Assembly: GCF_000015805.1 (NCBI RefSeq)
Contig: NC_009073.1
Location: forward strand, 510,001 to 542,000
Reading direction: 5' to 3'
From: Pyrobaculum calidifontis JCM 11548
GTDB taxonomy: Archaea > Thermoproteota > Thermoprotei > Thermoproteales > Thermoproteaceae
DNA: 32,000 bases
Shown here: positions 1 to 6,565 of the stretch, one piece after another
Layout: every line of letters starts with the position of its first letter
Numbering within the stretch: the stretch's first letter is position 1
The notes under the pieces: model-generated
Database searches by the model: none
The model's input: the letters and a program-made list of their open reading frames with translations, nothing else
What the model was told of the DNA's origin: nothing
Made by a program: the position numbers and the translations under genes

Positions 1-74
1 TTAGCCAGTGGGGCGTTTATGGAAAACGCCGCTGTGGCTAGAACCGCCGAGAGGACGCCTATGCTAACGTCCAT
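1..74 (-). CDS. Partial CDS (N-terminus only, continues past the window start); hydrophobic signal/TM-like N-terminus, function unknown
   Basis: Minus-strand ATG at 74-72 overlaps the upstream RHH gene by 11 nt. The frame is open to position 1. It translates to MDVSIGVLSAVLATAAFSINAPLA. Only 24 codons are visible. Confidence 0.3.
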   Translation of the reverse strand, partial: MDVSIGVLSAVLATAAFSINAPLA

Positions 75-231
75 TTGACATATACCTATTCAACAGCTCC
101 CTCAACGCGGCTCTCACCGCCTCGCTCCTGTTTGGAAAAACCCCGCTCTTCACTAACTCGTCTAACATTTCCACGTAGGACTGCGGCACGTGAAACGATA
201 TCAGCACCATCTTCTCTCGCTTCTCGCCCAC
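64..231 (-). CDS. Small ribbon-helix-helix (CopG/Arc/MetJ-type) DNA-binding protein; 55 aa from GTG 231, or 48 aa from ATG 210
   Basis: Below the ORF-track cutoff. It translates to (VGEKREK)MVLISFHVPQSYVEMLDELVKSGVFPNRSEAVRAALRELLNRYMSNGR, a typical beta-strand/helix/helix RHH pattern including the SEAVR motif. A TATA-like ATAAAAA (251-257, minus strand) is centred 23 nt upstream of GTG 231. Confidence 0.55.
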   Translation of the reverse strand: MGEKREKMVLISFHVPQSYVEMLDELVKSGVFPNRSEAVRAALRELLNRYMSNGR

Positions 232-253
232 GTGGCACACAAATTCCGCATTT

Positions 254-1282
254 TTATGCCTTACGTAGTATTACAGAGCCCCAGTCGTGCCGCTCACTCA
301 CCGCGCAGGGGTCGAAGTCCATGTGGGCCATGTATCTCTCAACTTTAAACTCGTCAAACTCCTCGCGCCCCGCTATCAGATCAGCCAACCTCTTGGCCAG
401 CGAGGGGCCTACCATGCTCCCATAGCCGTCTAAGCCGCCTATTACGTACAAGTTGTCCACATCTGGGTGTTTCCCATATACAGGCCCGCCGTGGGGCCCA
501 ACCTCGCAGTAGCCAACTCTAAGGCCGAGGGGGAGCGCCGCGCCTATTCTCTGGCGGAGTAGGTTAGTCATTTTTTCCACGTAATTAGCTGGGGGGCCTT
601 GGCCGTATCTGCCGCACCCGTCGCCCGCCACGTACATAAACGGCGCAATGGGCCTCCCGTACCACCCCAACACGTGGTCGCCGACGCTGTATCGCCACCC
701 CTTCCCCCACGCCGCGTAGGCTACTGCGTAGCACTCATACGGCTGGAGCGGAAGCCTTAGGCCGGCCTTCTCCGCTAAAGCCCTATTGTTGTAGCCAGCG
801 GCGAGTACAACAACGTCGCCCGCAATCCTCCTCCCCTCAGCCACTACGTAGGCCTTGCCGTCTTCAACCTTCAAAAAGCCGTACGAGGAGGCGAAGCCCA
901 GCTCCCTCCTAAGGCGATTCACCACCTTCCTCACGGGTATTAGGTAGTCCCTGGTCAATACCGCCACCTCGTCTGGCCCCAGCCGTAGCCCCTCCACGCT
1001 GTCTGTAACCTCGTGGGGAACCTCTAACTTGGGCAATGTGACCCAGCGGGGGAATATGTCCACTGAGGTAACCTCCCTGGGCTGTACAAACTTTCTGTAG
1101 ATCTCCAAGCTCTCTTTAGCCAGCTCAACGTCTTCGCCATATGGCATAGACAGCGTGAGGACAAGCGAAGTAAGCGGATAGGCCACATCGCCGCCCACAC
1201 CCACGACGTCGAAGCCGAGCTCCCTTAGGAAGTACGCCGTGAATACCCCCGCAATCCCCCCGCCCAACACCACCGCTTTCAC
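254..1282 (-). CDS. FAD-dependent oxidoreductase (DAO / glycine-D-amino-acid oxidase-like family)
   Basis: 342-aa ORF with GTG start. N-terminal Rossmann dinucleotide motif VVLGGGIAGVFTAYFL and C-terminal GGLDGYGSMVGP. TATA-like CTTATATAGC (1301-1310, minus strand) lies ~23 nt upstream of the start. Confidence 0.8.
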   Translation of the reverse strand: MKAVVLGGGIAGVFTAYFLRELGFDVVGVGGDVAYPLTSLVLTLSMPYGEDVELAKESLEIYRKFVQPREVTSVDIFPRWVTLPKLEVPHEVTDSVEGLRLGPDEVAVLTRDYLIPVRKVVNRLRRELGFASSYGFLKVEDGKAYVVAEGRRIAGDVVVLAAGYNNRALAEKAGLRLPLQPYECYAVAYAAWGKGWRYSVGDHVLGWYGRPIAPFMYVAGDGCGRYGQGPPANYVEKMTNLLRQRIGAALPLGLRVGYCEVGPHGGPVYGKHPDVDNLYVIGGLDGYGSMVGPSLAKRLADLIAGREEFDEFKVERYMAHMDFDPCAVSERHDWGSVILRKA

Positions 1283-1310
1283 AAGGCGCAGATGCTGCCA
1301 GCTATATAAG

Positions 1311-1982
1311 TTATAGGATCATGCTGAGCAGAGATACGAGGAGCGGCGTTGGGACTATGGTCGTCTCTCTGTACTCCATGAACCCCAAGGCCACGAGCTT
1401 TGTCATCTGTGGATCTGTTAAAAAGGCCTGCGGCATTGTGGGAACTAGAACTGAGAGCAGTGCGTCTTTCTCGTAGGTGAACTCCCTCGGCAAAATCTGC
1501 CTCAGTCTCTCAACTACGCACTCCCTATTAACCACATGCCGATTTTCGTAAAGTTCGTACTCGACGTAGTTGGCCACGCGGATGTTCCAGCCCTCAGCCC
1601 CGGCCAGGGACTGGAAAAGCCCGTCGAGGTAGTCGCCGCTGAGGGGTCTAAACACGGCGCGTCTGCCAGAGGCGGCTACGAAGAGTGTGCCCAAGTAGGG
1701 GTCGGGGTAGAGGGAGGCGTACTCCCCCTCCGCTCCCGGCGCCTGGTCTGAGAAATATGCGAAGTGTTTATACCCACTCGGCAGAACGGCGTATAGCCAG
1801 CAGGGGTCGAGGGGCTCGCCGTACTTCTGGACGCCGGCCTCCACGAGCCGCGCGATGTAGGACCCCAAGTCGAAGAGTCCGTAGAGCTTAGTCGATATGA
1901 GAGAGGCGGCTGTGATCAAGTGCGGCGTCACGACCGGCGGCGGGGGGTACTGCAACAGTACTACTCTCCTAGGCGACTCCAC
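1311..1982 (-). CDS. Conserved-looking hypothetical protein (no recognisable domain)
   Basis: Long ORF with the same codon bias as its neighbours. The ORF track starts it at GTG 2033, which overlaps the upstream gene by 29 nt. I prefer GTG 1982 because the TATA-like ACATAAATTG (2001-2010, minus strand) is centred ~23 nt upstream of it. Confidence 0.55.
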   Translation of the reverse strand: MESPRRVVLLQYPPPPVVTPHLITAASLISTKLYGLFDLGSYIARLVEAGVQKYGEPLDPCWLYAVLPSGYKHFAYFSDQAPGAEGEYASLYPDPYLGTLFVAASGRRAVFRPLSGDYLDGLFQSLAGAEGWNIRVANYVEYELYENRHVVNRECVVERLRQILPREFTYEKDALLSVLVPTMPQAFLTDPQMTKLVALGFMEYRETTIVPTPLLVSLLSMIL

Positions 1983-2004
1983 ATGCGTCTCTGGGGACAA
2001 CAAT

Positions 2005-2622
2005 TTATGTGATGCGGTACACCCCGCTTTCACAAACTGAGCGGTTGACCACGTTGTACAACGCCTCCTCTCCCAGGTACGTGGCTGGGCCGTGGCCGGG
2101 GTACACTCTGTAGCCGCCGGGCAGTTGGTAGAGTTTACACACGGACTTCACTAAAAGCCGCCAATCCCCAAAAGGGAGGTCTGTGCGGCCTACCGTGCCT
2201 TTGAATAGGGTATCCCCGGTTAGCACAAAGCCGTCCCCCAGCAACGAGACAGAGCCCGGGGTGTGGCCCGGCGTATGGATTACCTCAAGCTTCCAAAGCC
2301 GTTCGCCAAGCGGTCTCGGAGCGGGCAACACAGGCACCTCAAACCCCCACTCCACAGCCACACTGTTTAACTCGCGGTATATGCGCCAGTCATCGTAGTG
2401 GGCGTGAAAAGGCGCATTAACAGCCTCTACGACCTCGGCGGCAGACAAGACGTGGTCAAAGTGGAGGTGCGTCGCCACAACAGCCACCACGGCCCTCTTC
2501 CCCACGAGCCTCAAGACCTCCCGCACGCCGCCGGCGGGGTCCACCACGACGCACTCATCCAAGTCGCAGACCACGTAGGTATTCGTGAGAAGCGGGCCCG
2601 CCTCCACCCACTGCACTTCCAC
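2005..2622 (-). CDS. Metallo-beta-lactamase-fold hydrolase (glyoxalase II / hydroxyacylglutathione hydrolase-like)
   Basis: HLHFDHV (HxHxDH) motif, plus TPGHTPGS and the GDTLF...GR..D pattern. The track start at 2724 would overlap the divergent gene. GTG 2622 (VEVQWVEAGPLLTNTYVV...) gives a normal N-terminus and lies 22-23 nt from the AT box at 2638-2649. Confidence 0.8.
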   Translation of the reverse strand: MEVQWVEAGPLLTNTYVVCDLDECVVVDPAGGVREVLRLVGKRAVVAVVATHLHFDHVLSAAEVVEAVNAPFHAHYDDWRIYRELNSVAVEWGFEVPVLPAPRPLGERLWKLEVIHTPGHTPGSVSLLGDGFVLTGDTLFKGTVGRTDLPFGDWRLLVKSVCKLYQLPGGYRVYPGHGPATYLGEEALYNVVNRSVCESGVYRIT

Positions 2623-2637
2623 ACAGGCAGTGGAGGG

Positions 2638-2649
2638 AAAATATTTAAC
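2638..2649. promoter_or_regulatory. Single AT box AAAATATTTAAC between divergent starts GTG 2622 (-) and ATG 2670 (+)
   Basis: The centre at 2644.5 lies 22.5 nt from one start and 25.5 nt from the other. It is the only AT-rich element in the 47-nt gap. Confidence 0.5.
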
Positions 2650-2669
2650 TTCTACATGGGGGGTGGGCG

Positions 2670-3911
2670 ATGCGGACGCTCTTGGCAGTATTGGCGGCGG
2701 CGTTTCTCGCCTACTCGCTGACAATAGGCCAATTACACTTCACAGACGTAAACTCCGGCGACGACTTCAACAGAGCGCTCGTCGACGGGCCCGTCCTCAT
2801 ATTTATACACCAGCCCAACTGCCTTGGCTGCGCCAAATTAAAGGGGGAAGTATTCCCCAAGCCCCAAGTGGCCCAGGCCCTCAGAGGAGTAAACCTAGTC
2901 TCCATAGACTTGGCCGCCTACCCCGTGACAAGCATAAAGGTCGTCGCTGACGGCTCTGTGTACGTGTACCAAGGCTCCCTGAGGGTGTCCAAGGCATCTG
3001 GCCAAGTGGAAGTGCCAATCTACGCTACTCCAACCCTGGTGCTGGGCTACGTAAAAAACGGCACAATACACTTAACAATGGTGATAGTAGGAGCAGTTGA
3101 GGCTCCCCAGTTGATAGAACTAGTAAAACTAGCCTACACCCAACCCACTGAGGCGACCCCCCGTCCATCCACAACGCAGACTGCAGAGCCAACGACGGCG
3201 ACACAAACGACGAGCCCCCTGGGAACCGTTGCACAGATAGCCCTCTCCTTCGCGGCCGGCGCCGCTAGCGTGTTTTCCCCATGCGTCTTGCCCGTCGTCA
3301 CTATAGCGGCTACGACATACCTCGCCAGGAGGAACTTGGCCCTGGTCTTGTTGGGCATGGTAATATCCTTCGCGGCGTTGGCCGCCCTAGCCACGACGGC
3401 CGCCGCCTGGGCCCGCGCCGCCGCGACCACAGCCCTCTACCTGATAGGCGGGGTGGTGCTAGTGGCCATTGGGCTCATCTTCGTGATAGAGCGCTTCAAC
3501 AAGGCCTTCCTAATGTGGGTGTCCAGCCTCCAGACCAGGGCCTACAAGCTCACAAAGAGGGGCGCAGGCGCGGTCGGCGACTTGGCGCTAGGCGCCTCGC
3601 TAGGCGCCGTCTGGATGCCTTGCGTCGCCCCCTTCCTCGGCGTAGTCGCAATGGGAAGCCTAGTCGCGGCGGCATTGAGCAGGGACTACCTCGCCGTGTT
3701 CTTCAACACATTGGCCTACGCCGCGGGTCTTGCCGCCGTGATCTACGCAGTGGTCTACGCGGTTCAGAAAAGCGCCCGTAGAACAGCCACGCTTAAGTGG
3801 AGCAGGCTGGGCAGGAGGATAGAATACGCCGTGGGGATAGCCTCAATCGTGCTCGGAATATTGCTAATAGGCGAGGCGTTTGGGCTCAGGACTATAACAC
3901 TGCTCGTATGA
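2670..3911 (+). CDS. Membrane thiol:disulfide oxidoreductase: signal peptide + thioredoxin-like CxxC domain + Thr/Pro-rich linker + CcdA/DsbD-type transmembrane domain
   Basis: Signal-like N-terminus MRTLLAVLAAAFLAYSL and a Trx-like PNCLGC motif. Linker sequence TQPTEATPRPSTTQTAEPTTATQTTSP. CcdA-type cysteines sit in TM segments (FSPCVLPV and WMPCVAPF) within about six hydrophobic helices. Confidence 0.75.
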   Translation: MRTLLAVLAAAFLAYSLTIGQLHFTDVNSGDDFNRALVDGPVLIFIHQPNCLGCAKLKGEVFPKPQVAQALRGVNLVSIDLAAYPVTSIKVVADGSVYVYQGSLRVSKASGQVEVPIYATPTLVLGYVKNGTIHLTMVIVGAVEAPQLIELVKLAYTQPTEATPRPSTTQTAEPTTATQTTSPLGTVAQIALSFAAGAASVFSPCVLPVVTIAATTYLARRNLALVLLGMVISFAALAALATTAAAWARAAATTALYLIGGVVLVAIGLIFVIERFNKAFLMWVSSLQTRAYKLTKRGAGAVGDLALGASLGAVWMPCVAPFLGVVAMGSLVAAALSRDYLAVFFNTLAYAAGLAAVIYAVVYAVQKSARRTATLKWSRLGRRIEYAVGIASIVLGILLIGEAFGLRTITLLV

Positions 3912-4405
3912 TGGAGTGCCCCTACTGGGTCGACGAGCGAGTAGCCGGCTCCTGCATGCCGAGGAGAGACGACGTAGACAAGTGGGCAAAGGCCGGCATA
4001 CGCACAGTCATAACGCTGGCAGAGGCGTGGGAAGTGGAGTACTACGGGCGGTGGGGGCTTCTCGAGTTTAGAAGAGCCCTCGAGGAGAGGGGCATAGAGT
4101 GGATACACTGGCCAACGCCAGACGGCTACCCGCCCAGGGGGCTCATTGAGCTGGTGGAGTTAGTCAAGGCCAAGGCGAGAAGCGGCGCAGTGTTGGTACA
4201 CTGCGTGGGCGGAATGGGGCGCACCCCCACCCTACTCGCGGCATATCTAATAGCTACGAGATGCCTAAAAGCCGACGACGCCATAAGACACGTTGAGCGG
4301 GTAAACCCACACATCTCTCTAACAGACCAGCAGTACTACGCCCTGTTAGAAGTAGAAGCAACATACCGAGACGTGTGCAACATACAGGGCAAAAACATTA
4401 AATAG
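3908..4405 (+). CDS. Protein tyrosine / dual-specificity phosphatase (small archaeal SsoPTP-like type)
   Basis: Active-site loop VHCVGGMGRT (HCxxGxxR[T]). ATG 3908 overlaps the upstream stop (ATGA). The ORF-track start at 3797 would lie inside the preceding gene. Confidence 0.85.
   Translation: MMECPYWVDERVAGSCMPRRDDVDKWAKAGIRTVITLAEAWEVEYYGRWGLLEFRRALEERGIEWIHWPTPDGYPPRGLIELVELVKAKARSGAVLVHCVGGMGRTPTLLAAYLIATRCLKADDAIRHVERVNPHISLTDQQYYALLEVEATYRDVCNIQGKNIK
4396..4405 (+). promoter_or_regulatory. tRNA-Ser promoter TATA-like box (CATTAAATAG)
   Basis: Centred ~24 nt upstream of tRNA position 1. It overlaps the phosphatase stop codon. Confidence 0.55.
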
Positions 4406-4424
4406 AGAGAGAACAATAAGTGAC

Positions 4425-4522
4425 GCCGGGGTGGCCGAGCGGCCCAAGGCGCGGGACTTGAGATGTCCACGGGAGATCCCGTCCCCGTTCAGGGGGCGTG
4501 GGTTCAAATCCCACCCCCGGCG
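4425..4522 (+). tRNA. tRNA-Ser (anticodon UGA) with a 13-nt intron at the canonical 37/38 position
   Basis: Acceptor GCCGGGG/CCCCGGC with discriminator G. 3-bp D-stem GCC/GGC. Anticodon stem CGGGA/TCCCG with loop CTTGAG[intron]A. Long variable arm CCCC-gttca-GGGG. T-arm GTGGG-TTCAAAT-CCCAC. No encoded CCA. TATA-like ATTAAATA at 4397-4404 lies ~24 nt upstream, and a T-run follows the gene. Confidence 0.9.
4463..4475 (+). other. tRNA-Ser intron (13 nt, atgtccacgggag; boundary ambiguous by 1 nt)
   Basis: Removing it restores a 7-nt anticodon loop and a 5-bp anticodon stem. Confidence 0.75.
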
Positions 4523-4741
4523 TGTTCTTTTAATTCTGATACGAGCCCGTTTCCTATCTCTGAGACTTCCCCCGCAGGGGATTACTACAGACATAGACGT
4601 ACGGCAGAAGCCACATGTAGACAGGAAAAAGGAGTAGAAGAAGGCAAAATGCGAAACAATAGAATTTAGGGGTCGGATTCCAGACTCTTTGAGGCACAGA
4701 GAGAGCGGCGGTGTCTGTAGCTGGCAAAGGCAAGTTAAAGC

Positions 4742-5179
4742 TTAGTGGGATGGGGGCTTGTATTTTGATATTGCTTCGAGTAATGTGCAGGGGTCTTGGC
4801 GTACGCATGCGACCTCTGGCTCTGCCTCGGCGCTGTTTAGTACGAGGTCGGCGTCGGGCGGAGGATCGGGGCCTATGTGTATCTTGTATCCGAGCTTCGC
4901 GTCTCGTAGCCCCTCTACTATTATGTAGTCTGCCTGAAGGTCTTCGCACTTGACTGCGGTCGTGTATAGGACGTAGATCTGGCCGTTGTAGAAGAGCACC
5001 TTGTCGGCGCCGGCCTTTCTCAGTCTGTGGGTGTCTTTGGTGGGGGGCTCGGGGTCGTGGTGGCTTATTTTCACTGCGAGGACGGTCTTCCCGCTGGCTT
5101 TTAACCTCTTTATTAGCCTCTCGGCGACAACCGTTTTTCCCACGTCTTTCCCTCCAGTTATCTGGATTACGCACGTCAT
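4742..5179 (-). CDS. mobB: Molybdopterin-guanine dinucleotide biosynthesis adapter protein MobB-like P-loop protein
   Basis: P-loop ITGGKDVGKT, followed by the MobB-type pattern LAVKISHHDPEP..KDTHRLRKAGADKV. The ATG overlaps the upstream stop (ATGA). Confidence 0.6.
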   Translation of the reverse strand: MTCVIQITGGKDVGKTVVAERLIKRLKASGKTVLAVKISHHDPEPPTKDTHRLRKAGADKVLFYNGQIYVLYTTAVKCEDLQADYIIVEGLRDAKLGYKIHIGPDPPPDADLVLNSAEAEPEVACVRQDPCTLLEAISKYKPPSH

Positions 5180-5478
5180 GTTAGAGCTTTTATTAGGTCT
5201 TGCAATTCCTCTATGGCTTTTTTGAAGTTTTCTTGTGCCTGTGGAGACGCGGCGTAGAGCTTTTTGCCGCCCTCCTCTACTTCTACCAAAACGCCGTCGG
5301 TGACCATTCTCTTTAACAAAACGTAGCCGTATACTGTGCTTATGTTGAAGCCGAGTTTGCGCAACTCCTGTATTATCGCATAGCCGTGCAGTGGGCCCTT
5401 TTTGTTTAAGAGACTTACTACGTACAGCCAGAGGTTTCCCTTACCTATGCAACGTTTGAACCGCTGGTAGGCCTTCAC
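5176..5478 (-). CDS. PadR-family winged-helix transcriptional regulator
   Basis: 100 aa. LHGYAIIQEL...STVYGYVLLKRMVTDGVLV is a typical PadR wHTH. The GTG start overlaps the upstream stop (GTGA). Confidence 0.7.
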   Translation of the reverse strand: MKAYQRFKRCIGKGNLWLYVVSLLNKKGPLHGYAIIQELRKLGFNISTVYGYVLLKRMVTDGVLVEVEEGGKKLYAASPQAQENFKKAIEELQDLIKALT

Positions 5479-6530
5479 CTCTCTCTCTTGCCTTCTATGA
5501 ACTCTAGCACCGCTCTGTAGGCCTCGTCGGGGCTCATGTGCACTGGCGGGTTTTTGAAGCCCCAGGCGGAGGCGGCTATCAGGGGGCCGCCTATCCCTCT
5601 GTCAAGCGCCAGCTTCGCGAGCCTCACTGCGTCTGTGACCACGGCGGCGCTGTTCCAGGCGTCGTGTACGTCGAGTGTTGCCTCGATGCGTATAGGCAAT
5701 CCGCCGAATATCTCAGCCTCAATTAGCGTATGCGCTATTTTTCTATCCCCCAAGAAGCTTATGTAGGCCACTGGCGAGATGTAGGCGTCGAATTCCTGCC
5801 CCTGAGCCATCATTTTCACAGCCGCCGTCTTTGTCTTCTCCTTGTCGCCGCGTCTATACATGAGGTTTACGAAGTCGGGCGTCCCCCCGACGTTTATCTG
5901 GTATGTGTGCTTTATCCTGACGCCTCTCAGCGCCAAGAGCCTTATCAACGTCTTATGCAACACGGTTGCCCCTATCTGATTCTGGGTGTCGTCGCCCAGC
6001 AGGGGAATGCCCCTCTCGCTGAACTTCCTCTGCCAGTACTCGCTCGTGGCTATGGGGGCCGGCATCGCGTTCACAAACGCCGTCCCAGCCCTCAGCGCAG
6101 CCTCTGCGTAGGCCTCGGCGGCCTTCTTCGCCCCAGTGGGGAGGTAGTTGACCAGCACCTCGGTGTTTGTAGAATTGAGCTCCTTTACCACATCGTCCAC
6201 GGACCCCTCCACGATCTTAGGCACGAGTCCTCCCTCGGGGACTCCGTCCAGGGCTGGGCCTGGCTTCACCACTACGCCCAGTCTCGGGGGCTTGTAGACC
6301 ACAGAGGCGTTGTTGGGCGGCTGAAATATGGCCTCCGCCAAGTCTAGGCCCACCTTTCTCGCGTCGATTTCAAACGCCGAGGTGAAAACTATGTCTCTCG
6401 GCGTGTAGCCCCCTATCTCTTTAAACGCGACGGCCGGCTCCGCCTCTGGGTTTCTCTTGTACATCTCGATCCCCTGTACCAGGGCCGAGGCGCAGTTGCC
6501 GACACCCACTATTCCGACTCTGATGGACAC
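5475..6530 (-). CDS. myo-Inositol-1-phosphate synthase (archaeal short form)
   Basis: N-terminal IRVGIVGVGNCASALVQGI NAD-binding motif, with overall length and pattern typical of archaeal IPS. GTG start with the TATA-like GTTTATTAA (6550-6558, minus strand) 24 nt upstream. Confidence 0.8.
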   Translation of the reverse strand: MSIRVGIVGVGNCASALVQGIEMYKRNPEAEPAVAFKEIGGYTPRDIVFTSAFEIDARKVGLDLAEAIFQPPNNASVVYKPPRLGVVVKPGPALDGVPEGGLVPKIVEGSVDDVVKELNSTNTEVLVNYLPTGAKKAAEAYAEAALRAGTAFVNAMPAPIATSEYWQRKFSERGIPLLGDDTQNQIGATVLHKTLIRLLALRGVRIKHTYQINVGGTPDFVNLMYRRGDKEKTKTAAVKMMAQGQEFDAYISPVAYISFLGDRKIAHTLIEAEIFGGLPIRIEATLDVHDAWNSAAVVTDAVRLAKLALDRGIGGPLIAASAWGFKNPPVHMSPDEAYRAVLEFIEGKRER

Positions 6531-6565
6531 GTCTATCTAAACAGACTTGTTAATAAACAATTTGG

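Noticed and set aside
4680-4697. GGGGTCGGATTCCAGACTC downstream of tRNA-Ser, considered as a duplicated tRNA 3' end (att-like site)
   Set aside because: Only 9 of 16 positions match the tRNA T-arm, it cannot fold as a T-arm, and there are no integrase or foreign genes between the copies.
4554-5174. 206-aa Arg-rich minus-strand ORF (and the 4346-4594, 4431-4669 ORFs across tRNA-Ser)
   Set aside because: This is an alternative frame of the well-supported MobB-like gene and of the tRNA gene. The extreme Arg/Pro content is typical of shadow ORFs in GC-rich DNA.
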